Positions 53,976 through 64,000 of a DNA stretch of 64,000 bases are shown here, piece after piece. The stretch spans positions 2,170,001 through 2,234,000 of the forward strand of contig OZ251224.1 in the NCBI GenBank assembly GCA_965240325.2. The letters run 5' to 3'. The notes under the pieces are model-generated. The model did no database searches. It saw nothing but the letters and a program-made list of their open reading frames with translations, and was not told where the DNA came from. The position numbers and the translations under genes were made by a program. Source of the stretch: Rebecca billardiae RCC1528. Its lineage: Eukaryota; Protista; Haptophyta. Numbering within the stretch: the first letter of the stretch is position 1; each line of letters starts with the position of its first letter.

Positions 53976-55692
53976 TAGGGGGGGCAAACCGCTCATTTAA
54001 AAAAGAAAATCAAAGTCGCGGCGCATTTTCGCTCCTCCCTCGGCCTTTTAGGGTGGCGCGGAGCCTTTTTCTCGGACCCCGCTCGAAAATCGAGCTCCGA
54101 CGCCTTCGGACGCTCAGAGCTCGGTTCCGCTCGAGCATGAGCGGCCGGAGGCAGTGGACCGCCGCGCGCTCGCGTCCCATGATACGCCGAGATGGTCTCG
54201 GGAGCGCGCGCGCGTGACGCTGGTGGGCGCTTCTGACCCTTGTCTTTGCGCCACCAGCGGCTCACCACCCGGTTCTTGGCCACCTCGCGCCGTGCGCGGC
54301 GCGCGTCGGCCGGCTTGAATTGCTGCGCTGCGTACGCCCGTCACGCTACCCCTCCTTGTGGCTCAAGATCAACTCGCCCCGGCGAGATCGATGCTCGCCC
54401 CAAGTGTGCATGTGTATCCGTGGATGCCCAGCTCGCCTAACCTGCCCTGCTGCGCCGGAATCGCCGTCAGCAGACCGGCGCGAGCTCGCGCGCAACACCT
54501 CCGCGCAGCCCGCAACTGTCATGTTCCGCTCGTAGGGCCCGTGTTTGCACCTGCCGTGGCACTTGCGATGGTCAGCACGTTGGGTATGGGTCACGCGTGC
54601 CCCCAGATGGCGTCGGGGCGCCTCCCATTCGCCTCTCAGGACGTCGCGGACGTGCTCGCAGGCAGCGGATGGCTCATTCGACAGGTCCGATGTGCACTCG
54701 ACCGTGCCTACAAGCGCGCCCCTGTGACGCGCATGCCTGCAGAAGCAGACGCAGATGGGCCTCAATGCACCCTGGTGCGCCCAAGACCGGCGGGAGCGTC
54801 AGAGACCGTCTCAATCTTGACACCTTGCACACGCCGGCGCTTGCCATTCGGCTCCGCGCAGCCAGACAGGAGCGCCGAACAGCGCCGGATCAGCCTCTGT
54901 AGGCCGAATATCCGCCCCAACGCCCAGAAATAGCGCGGAAAAGGGTAGGGCGTACATATATGGACCGATCCCATCCGGCCTGGTTTGGTGCAGAGACGCC
55001 AGCCACCACCTGGAGCAGGCGTTTGCTGCCGAATCGCATGCTCGGCACTGTGCCGCACTGCAACGACGACAGATTTGACCTGCCTCGTAGGTCTCGGCCA
55101 TGGAGCGGTGACGGTTGGCTCGAGTGACTTTAAACCTTGATTATGCCCGAGAGTACTCCCGGGCTGAGGACATGGGGCCGGTGCCTCGGGTCTACTATAT
55201 CTGCAATACGCCGTACGCATGGCCGTATACACAGTCTGAAAACGTATCTCGCGGCTCGAGATCAGACGAGACTGTATTCATCAGCATGGCGTCTATATAC
55301 ACGGTGGGTATGTAACGACCAGTGGCTTCCGGGAAACTACGTGTTTGACAGCCTGCCAGTACACAGCCTATATCGCATGTTGGGACCTGCTGCTGCTGGG
55401 GACTCAGAACGATCTCGCCGAGATGCTCTATCAAAGTGAAGTCGACATGGTCTATATGTCACATATACGACAGCCGTTACATGCCGTTTCCAATAAGTTC
55501 AGGCTCATTCTAATAAGTAAATATGCTAGCCGTTACGCCCTATATTCAGGGTATGTACACCTGATGTTTTTACTTGGCTGGCCCAGACCCCTCCAGAGGG
55601 CATATGATCCAGCCCCAATTCAGCGCTAAACACTCGCTAGGACCAGCGCTCGTAGCCGTCAGTCACGTCACAGTGCCACTTTGGCCCCCCTA
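53976..55692 (-). mobile_element. hAT-like DNA transposon (1.7 kb, degenerate) with 13-bp TIRs and 7-bp TSD GTTTGAA
   Basis: TAGGGGGGGCAAA at 53976 versus the reverse complement of 55680-55692 (12/13); GTTTGAA at 53969-53975 and 55693-55699; weak transposase-like remnants on the minus strand (PSAACEHV; FPEATGRYIPTV). Confidence 0.78.
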
Positions 55693-55732
55693 GTTTGAAC
55701 CCATGACCTCAGGCTGCCGGAGAAAAGCAGAC

Positions 55733-55733
<1 letters not shown>

Positions 55734-55808
<75 letters not shown>
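55734..55808. repeat. (CTAT)n(TA)n microsatellite
   Basis: Directly visible. Confidence 0.95.
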
Positions 55809-55811
<3 letters not shown>

Positions 55812-56864
55812 GTCTATATCGGCGGGAGTTAATCCTGAAAGGAAAAGAAATGAACTAAATAACCGCGAGCTTCTGATGAGAAAAGAAAATAAATAATAAT
55901 CGAGATTTTAAACAGTGAAACTAGTTAACGTACTACGTAGTCGGTTGCGACGACGGACTACAAGTACTGACTATAGCTTACTATGTGAAGTAATACGTTT
56001 ACGTCCGCGATGAGTCATCCACTGTTTAAGGATCGCAGTCCCGATTACATGGCTGTCTGACTGCCAGTCTTATTAAATAAATATTAAGTAGTCATGAAAC
56101 GGAGTCGGCGGCGGAGTGCCGTCCGCGGCGCCGTCCCGCGATCCGTCAGTTCATCCGACGCAAACGAGTTAATCCGAATACTAAAGTCTATAGTAATAAC
56201 TGAAATTATATATGATCGGCTACGCCGATCTTCGGGTAGTAAACAACGAAGTTGAGGGCGCACGGCCCTACTGGTATGCAATAGTCGTCGCGTTCTTCAC
56301 CGAATGACGATGCGCGCGCCCGGCGCGTCGCCGTGCAGGAGGCGCGGGCGCGAGTAATCGACGCGGTCGACGGCCCGGGCCTCGGGGGGCTGCGCCGCCT
56401 GTCGAACTCGACGCGCAGCAGCCGCAGCGCCTCCGCCCGGTGCGCATCGGGCAGCCCTGTTGTCTGTGGCCGCGCGCAGCGCGGAGATCGCGCTCGGCAG
56501 CTCGCCCGTCTCAGCCTCGCACAGCCTCGCGCGCTCGGCGGGATCGGCGCAGCGTCGGACGAGCTCGCTGCGGGGAAGAGCGTCGCGAGCAGCCGCGGCT
56601 CGAGCCTGTCTATCTACGACCTCCCGCAGCCGCAGTAGCCGCTCCTTGCACGCCTTTGTCTGTCAGGCTCGCCGCCGCGTCGATGCACTCGGTGCGAGGG
56701 CCGCTGCATGGCTGTGCGCGTCGGTGCCGCCGCGGGTGCTGTCGGCCGACGGCCCGGAGCGCGAGGACTACTGCGAGCACGGGCGAGAGGGGAGCACGGC
56801 GTCGCCCGTAGCATATGCCAACTCGCCATCATCGCGGGCTCGCCGCTCGCAGATCTAAGCCTGT

Positions 56865-57495
56865 GGCTCTCGTGTCAGGCACGGTCAGGCATCCGTCGAG
56901 TGAGCGCCAGAGCCCCTCCTCACGGTCAGCGCGCGGCTCGCGCGCCAAATGCTTGCCGCGCCGCCATGCGCAGCCGTCAGCACGCCGCACGCGGCTCAGC
57001 CATCACAGCTCGGCCATGGTCATGGACGGCGCGAGCGTGAGCGGTGAGGGTTGGGCGAGCGACTTCTGAACATGCCGAGAGCCTCAGCTGCGCGGCGTGC
57101 GGCGTGGCGCGCGCGGGCGCGCGAATGGTCAGCTACGAGCCGGTCGACAACGGCCGCGTTCGTGCGACCGAGTGACGACGGCTCTCGTGTCAGGCACGGT
57201 CAGGCATCCGTCGAGTGAGCGCCAGAGCCCCTCCTCACGGTCAGCGCGCGGCTCGCGCGCCAAATGCTTGCCGCGCCGCCATGCGCAGCCGTCAGCACGC
57301 CGCACGCGGCTCAGCCATCACAGCTCGGCCATGGTCATGGACGGCGCGAGCGTGAGCGGTGAGGGTTGGGCGAGCGACTTCTGAACATGCCGAGAGCGTC
57401 AGCTGCGCGGCGTGCGGCGTGGCGCGCGCGGGCGCGCGAATGGTCAGCTACGAGCCGGTCGACAACGGCCGCGTTCGTGCGACCGAGTGACGACG
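56865..57495 (+). repeat. Near-perfect 315-bp tandem duplication
   Basis: GGCTCTCGTGTCAGGCACGG..GACCGAGTGACGACG at 56865-57180 and again at 57180-57495. Confidence 0.93.
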
Positions 57496-58338
57496 TGCTC
57501 GGTTGGAAAACGCACTGGGCCGAAGAGGCATGGCAGGGCGGGGCGCGCGGGGTGAACGAGGCACGAATGCGATGCCGACGGCCGTTGGGACCCGCCGCAG
57601 ATCTGCGCGCACCGGCGCTGAGTCTTGTCGGATTGAACGATCGCGTGCAGTGCCCGCCTGTTCGCGAGCCCGCGTCGAGTTTGCCAGTGGCCAGTGGCCA
57701 AGGCAGTGGCAGCGCCTTTTGTAGCGATGAGCAGTATTAATCGACGGGAGATAATTATAGTAATCAGAAAAGGTACGGTTATGAATCGCGCGCGGGTACG
57801 GGAACGCCTTAAAGGGCTACCCGCGTCAATGATATATCTCGTCGCCCGCGAGGGTTCGTGCGAAACGATGCGGATCGCGTGCCCTAGATAGAACATCGCG
57901 CCATAACCTGATGATATCCGCCACTGAGAAGCGACGGTTCATGACTTCAGATGCCGGCAATACTTTACTTCAAGCGACATAAAAGCCGACCGAATCTCTC
58001 TTTTCTATGGTTGGCGAGCTGTTTCAGGCTCTTACAATTCAAGCATCTTACTATGACGGAATGTTCGAACACACGGCTGGTGTTATGTGCTATTCCACCC
58101 TGCATTCCCCTAAGTGTTACTATCGTTAAAATTAGCATCTACTACAAACGCAATCATTGGCAGCGAAATGCGTCCACTAGGGGTCCGGTCACATCTGCTA
58201 CAAAAATCCCCAAAATCCTGCGCGCATCCTCTTTTTGATTTTGCGGAGCACGTGCGCCGCCCCCCCCCCCCGGCTTTCGCTCACGCTCAGACCTTTCGGG
58301 GGGGGGCCGTGCGCCATCAACTCTGGCGAGAACGTTTA

Positions 58339-58342
<4 letters not shown>

Positions 58343-58435
<93 letters not shown>
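58343..58435. repeat. (TA)n microsatellite
   Basis: Directly visible. Confidence 0.97.
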
Positions 58436-58437
<2 letters not shown>

Positions 58438-58500
58438 CCGCGTTCCGCGGTCCTTCCGTAGAACCAACGCAGTTAGGGGCCCGCGGTGCACCCTCCGTCG
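58430..58500 (-). repeat. Dispersed ~70-bp hairpin-terminated repeat, copy 2
   Basis: Reverse complement of 16124-16202; hairpin at 58436-58452 abuts the (TA)n tract. Confidence 0.88.
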
Positions 58501-60011
58501 GCTGCTGAGTGCTGTCTAGCTCAGTCGGACAATCATGTGCGTAACAGTTCGTTCGCCTCGGAGCTGCCACCGCCACAACTCAGTTGCCGCCCACCGGGCC
58601 GGCGGGCCGAGGACTGTCGCCGGCGGGCCGCCGCGCGGGGAAGCGGCCGCCGCGGGGCGGCGCGCGCGCGCAGGCAGGGCGATAGGCGCCGCGCGGCGCG
58701 GGCCGGCGCGTGCGCGCGTGCGGGCGCACAGTCTGCTTGAGGTGCTCGCGCGGCGCCATGCGCTCGACGACGGGCCGCTGGTCGCTCACTCAGCCGGCGC
58801 ACCTCGTGCCGGCAGACGGAGCGAGAGCGCGCGCCACGCAGTGCTGCCCCGGCCTGCGCTACCGGCAGCCGCGCACCGAGACCGAGCGGAGCTCGGGGTG
58901 GAACGAGGCGAGCGGCGCGTCGCGCCTGCCGCCGCGCGTGCGCGCCTGCTCCACCGCCGGACCGCGCCGCCGTCAGCTCGCCCGCCGCCTCCTCCGCCGC
59001 GTCGGCCTCGAAGACGGCTGCGGCGGCCCGAGCCAGCGGCACGGGCTGAGCCCGTGCGCGCTGGCACCCGGCGCCGATCGCCTCGACGGCCGTCTACTCC
59101 ACAGCTGGCTGCTCGAGCTGCTGCACGGGGCGTCGCGACGAGGGCGCCACGCGCGCCCAGCGGCAGCGCGTCCGTCGCCGCGTCGCGCAGCGCGTCGAGC
59201 TCGGCGCCGCGCTTCGCCAGCTCGGCGCCCAGCGCCTCCGCACTCGCAGTTGGCGTGCGCGAGCGCCAGCGTGCGCATGCCGGAAACGGTGCTGCTGCTG
59301 GACTGCTCCGTCGCGGCGGATGTGGCGAGCGAGACGATGGAAGGGCACGCGAGCAGCGCCGCCAGCAGCGCGCCGTGATGCCGAGCGCGCCGCCGAGCAC
59401 GCCGAGCGTCTCGCCCGCCTCGGCGCACGCGGCCTAGCCCGGCGGCTCGCGCTGCGCCTCGCAGCCGCGTGCCGCGCGAGCGGGCAGGCGAGCGCATCCA
59501 GCGCGCCGGTGCCGCCGAGCGCGCCGCCGTCCGCGCCTCGTGCCCCAGCCCGAGCCGCACCGCGCGCGCGCCGGGCCGCGCGAGCTCGCTGGCCGCGGCC
59601 TCCACCTCGGCGTCACTCAGCGCACCGCAGCCTTCGCTCTTGCCGTGCGCGTCGGCGGGCGCCGCCGCGCCGCCCACCGGGCGCCGCCGCTTGCGCACGA
59701 GCGCGCCCGGGTCCTCGCAGCCGCCCGGCCCGCGCGCTGCCGCGGCGGCGGCCGCGCTCGCATCGAGCGCAGCGGCGGCGAGCGGCAGCGCGCGCCGCGT
59801 GCCAGCGGTCTCGGAAAAAAGGACGAAACATGACTCTGACTCACACGTGTGAGTACTCCCGATCTCCGGGAGATATGGCCATTTCCGCCCACTGGGGTCA
59901 TTATTAGGTGTATAAAGTTGAGTAATTTGGCAGCGCGCAAAGGTTCGTCGTTAGTAAAGTTGAGTACTTGACGAAGACTTTTTGCCAGGAGCCCTCAGCC
60001 CGCACCCACGC

Positions 60012-60059
60012 GCCAAATAGGACGAGGACCCAAGCGCTTGGGTCCTCGTCCTATTTGGC
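60012..60059. repeat. Perfect 48-bp spacerless palindrome
   Basis: GCCAAATAGGACGAGGACCCAAGC|GCTTGGGTCCTCGTCCTATTTGGC. Confidence 0.97.
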
Positions 60060-61230
60060 AATATGCTATGAAGATTTACAACAAATCGCAGATTCGTTCA
60101 CCCAGATATACTGACAAATGCACGTCCGTCCATCGACATATGCGGAATGGCCCGGGCGCGGCTATTTCGTCAATCGCGTCTTGCTAATGCAGAGCAATGG
60201 GCGAATGAACCCCTCGAAAAAGCGAAAACTCACCCTCCAACAGCCCTCAAAATCGTCCCCCGTCCCCTTTTCTTTGATCAAAAGATCTTTTTGACAACGT
60301 AGTGAGGGCCCCCGGCGGGGCTCCACGCTACGCGCTCCGCCCTGCACCGCGGGCCATGATACATACATACATACATATACACATGCAACCTGAGTTATGT
60401 GACGATATGCCCGACGAGCACATTCCGTGCCGCTCGGTCTGTGTCCGGTACTCGGGCCGTCCGCCATCGGCATGGCGATCCGCCTGGCAGCTTGATGAAG
60501 CCGGCCACGGTTAACGGTAGTTAGAAGTAACCTGGCTGGGTTTTTCATTGGAGTTCAAGAACTGCTGTAGTTGTTGCGGCAGTCGTCGTCGATCGATTAG
60601 TCGTCAGGTGCCTGAGCCGTCTGCTGCGAGTCAGGCCCGCTCAAGCCCGCGGCCCGCACGCCGCTGCGGCGGGCGCGGCCGACCCGCCCCCGGTCACCAG
60701 CCGCCGGCAGCCGCCACCTGGGGCGGCCGTGGGGCCCCGGCGCCTGCATCTCACGGCGTAGCGCCACTGGCAAGCGCAGAGCTGCAGCCAGCTCTGACTG
60801 CCTGCAATCGCCCCCTCCGCTGCAGAAGGACCTCGAGGGCTCGAGGCCGTGCACTGCTCTGTGCTCACTCTCAGTGACCGGCCAGGCACCAAGCCAAGCG
60901 GCGGCAGGGCACTATTTCTATTTTCTGGCGTGAACACGTTGGGAGGCGCTTTTGGTCCGATTGATGAGGACGACATTTTTAGCGCTGTCAGCCTGAATCG
61001 TGAGCAGTACCCGCCTCGCCTATCAGGCTCACGGCGATTATCACACGCGAGCCAATCAGAGCCTCGGTCGCGGGTCGAGATATGGCCGGCGGTTCACCGC
61101 GCCGGTGCCTTTATCTATGCCGTAGTCAGCACGTCACCTTTGCTCACGTCTTAGGCGGCAGCTCTCCAGCTCAACGCAGGAGGGGGTCGTGCAGCCTAAC
61201 GCCGATCGCCGAGCTCGGGGGGCGCCACCC

Positions 61231-62523
61231 ATGCTGCTGTACATCGCCGTCGCCGTCGCCGTCGCCTCGGCGCCGATCGCCCCGACTGATGCCGCCGATC
61301 ACGCCGCTCTGAACGGCCACGCTGAGGAACGCGCGGCGCGCGTTCACGGCCGACTCCTGCAGTGGCTGCAGCGCGGCGGTGGCCGGGGCCGCGGCGGCGG
61401 TGGTGGCCGTGGTCGCTCCTCCGGCAAGGGCTGGGGCTCGCTCGGCGGAAAGGGCCAAGGCGGCGGTCTTTTCGGCGGCCGTGGCCGCAGCGACGATGCG
61501 GAGGGCTTCATGAGTGGCCTCTTTGGCGGCTCTGGCGGGAGCATGTTCGATATGCTGCCGCCCGAGGTGCAGCAGATGATCCTCGCAGAGTCGGGTCCGG
61601 ACCCGTCAGGCCACCCGAACAAGACGGAGCCCGTGCTCTACTTCCAGCCCCTGTCCAAGGTGGCGAGCGGCGCCAAGTTCATCGAGGATGTCGTGCACCT
61701 CACGGGCTCGCGCGCGTGCGGCAAGGGCACGTTCTCGCAGCACCTGTGCATGGACGTCGTCGGCTTCATGCGCGGCAACTCTGTCAGCGACGAGATGCTC
61801 GAGACGCTCGTCGCGGCGAGCCGCGGCGGCTGTGGCTTCTCGTCGTGTGACATGAACATCAACCGCGCGATGGAGATCTCCGAGCTCGAGGCGGACCACC
61901 GGCTGCGGCTCCTCCTCCACTTCAGCGACCCGGAGGGGGCCGTGGTCGAGATGTACAAGTCGTGTAAGCAGGAGAACGCCCAGCAGCCGCCGAGCCTCTT
62001 CGGCCGCGGCCGCGGCAGGGGCACGGGCGCAACGGACTCCATCGAGGAGTGGCTCGAGGGTGTGCCCACGGACATGACCTCCAAGACCAGCGAGTCGGTG
62101 AAGCACTGCTTCAACTCACCTTTCAACACCATGACGAGGCACCTGTCGCCGTGGGATGGAGCGACGCAGACAGTCACGCTTGACATCGACGAGGCCAAGT
62201 CGCGCGTCGACAACGCATTCCACGTTGGCTTCGATGAGGAGTACGAGGCGTCGATTTGCCTGCTGCTCAAGCGGCTGGAGATCCACTCGCCCGCGTGCGA
62301 GTGCAACTCGGCTGCTCGGCTGGACCTGAAGAGCGTCAGCCCCAACGCGACGGCGTTCCAACCAGGCTACAATGATATGGAGCTCAACGACGCCGCCAAG
62401 TCGAAGATCGCCTCGAACACAATGCTGGACACGCAGCTCTTCACGCACGCGCAGCAGCGCTTCCTGGATGATCTTGAGGACCACGGCATCGCGTGCCTGC
62501 TCAGTCACAAGCCGAGGCCGTAG
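61231..62523 (+). CDS. Secreted protein with a Gly/Arg-rich region and a divergent sulfotransferase-like domain
   Basis: Signal MLLYIAVAVAVASA; NTMTRHLS, AFHVGFDEEYEASICLL and NTMLDTQLFTHAQQRF fit the C-terminal pattern of Golgi-type sulfotransferases. Confidence 0.75.
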   Translation: MLLYIAVAVAVASAPIAPTDAADHAALNGHAEERAARVHGRLLQWLQRGGGRGRGGGGGRGRSSGKGWGSLGGKGQGGGLFGGRGRSDDAEGFMSGLFGGSGGSMFDMLPPEVQQMILAESGPDPSGHPNKTEPVLYFQPLSKVASGAKFIEDVVHLTGSRACGKGTFSQHLCMDVVGFMRGNSVSDEMLETLVAASRGGCGFSSCDMNINRAMEISELEADHRLRLLLHFSDPEGAVVEMYKSCKQENAQQPPSLFGRGRGRGTGATDSIEEWLEGVPTDMTSKTSESVKHCFNSPFNTMTRHLSPWDGATQTVTLDIDEAKSRVDNAFHVGFDEEYEASICLLLKRLEIHSPACECNSAARLDLKSVSPNATAFQPGYNDMELNDAAKSKIASNTMLDTQLFTHAQQRFLDDLEDHGIACLLSHKPRP

Positions 62524-62972
62524 CTAGGTAGTAGGTCCGATGTTGAGTCCGCGCCATAGTTAATGATCATCACTCACGTGCCATCGTGAGACAGATCGAC
62601 GGCCGTGCCGCGGCGTGCCGGTGCCCGGCTTCCACTCATCAACTCACATCAAGTATATAGGGCTAGGCACTCCGCGTCAGGTCCTACTACAATCGGTCCG
62701 TGTCCACCGTCACTCGGTGTCCAGCCCTTAAGTTATTAGTAGAACTATGTATGCACGGTCCGCACGGTCCGGTCTGTGTGACCGGTTGGCACGGAATCCG
62801 GTCCGACTTAATTGGCTGACAGTGCGCTGTGCGGCTGGTCAGTGTCACTCGGCTCACTCGCCGCTCGCAGACGCAGTTGACCTGAGTCTATATCAGTTAC
62901 AGTACGGCAGTGAACCTCAGCATCGTCACCGTGTACGGTGGCGTGTCCCGGTAAAATCACTAACACGCGGAG

Positions 62973-63004
<32 letters not shown>

Positions 63005-63571
63005 CCGATTTAACGACGTGGCAGCATCGGACAAGCGTCAGGCCCAGAGTGCAACAGACACATAGAATGCGTCCGCGCCTTCCGTCCAGGTCAGACAGTG
63101 CGCCACCCGCAGCCCTGCCCCCCTACGGGAGCGGGGCCGGGATGGAGCACCGCCTCGGCCTGGGGCACGCGGCGACGACGGCAGATGCCGCCGCGGCCGA
63201 GCGCCTTCCGGAGCACTTGGATGAGGGTGAGGTCGTAGTCGATGTCGCTGCCCGCCGACCTGGCGGCGAGTAGCTCCGGCAAGCGGCAGCCGCGGCTGTC
63301 GCCCCCGTGCGCCCGCGTGGGCGCCTGGATGAGGATGAGGTCGTAGTACGCGTCGCCGCGCGCCGGCCAAGCGGCATATATTAAGTATAACTGTACGCTA
63401 CTAATTCATAAACTACAGTAGTACTAAGCTACTGAGTCATTTCGGAGAAAGTACTCAGGTGATTGTGTGCGCGTACGGCCGAACAGTCATGCGCGGACTG
63501 GCTGAGGCCGAGTCATCCGTGCGGGCCATGCAGTGGCCGCCGCGCGCACTCAGTTTCGACGTTGTCGAATG

Positions 63572-64000
<429 letters not shown>

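Noticed and set aside
58154-58576. YIYI/CVCV ORFs here and at 63455-63911
   Set aside because: Translations of microsatellites
58560-59830. Possible gene(s) in the GC-rich tract
   Set aside because: No consistent frame or recognisable motif; may be a decayed gene
63091-63370. Minus-strand coding-like fragment with an internal duplicated DYDL-like segment
   Set aside because: Too short and frameshifted to call

Overview
Very GC-rich, intron-poor eukaryotic genomic DNA. Composition and gene families suggest a haptophyte alga, possibly Pavlovales (inference only). The first 9.4 kb is mobile or repetitive. It holds the 3' end and LTR of a Copia retrotransposon, a 1.23-kb TIR element, and a foldback-like structure in which a ~200-bp dimeric satellite (19 monomers) faces a short inverted copy of itself. 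The rest carries about 14 genes: an ABCB transporter with homogenised NBDs, an EGF+methyltransferase protein, a histidine phosphatase, Listerin/LTN1, a permuted papain-like protein, an EF-hand protein with a PGRL1-like motif, a sterol glucosyltransferase, a matrixin split by a TM hairpin, JMJD5-like, an M50 pseudo-protease, a large discoidin/PAN surface protein, a PHL-repeat protein, a sulfotransferase-like protein and one unassigned membrane-anchored protein. These are interspersed with a Helitron helicase remnant, an hAT-like element with a 7-bp TSD, perfect palindromes and microsatellites. Most other ORFs in the six-frame track are GC or repeat artefacts. All family calls are by motif recognition by eye; no database search was run.
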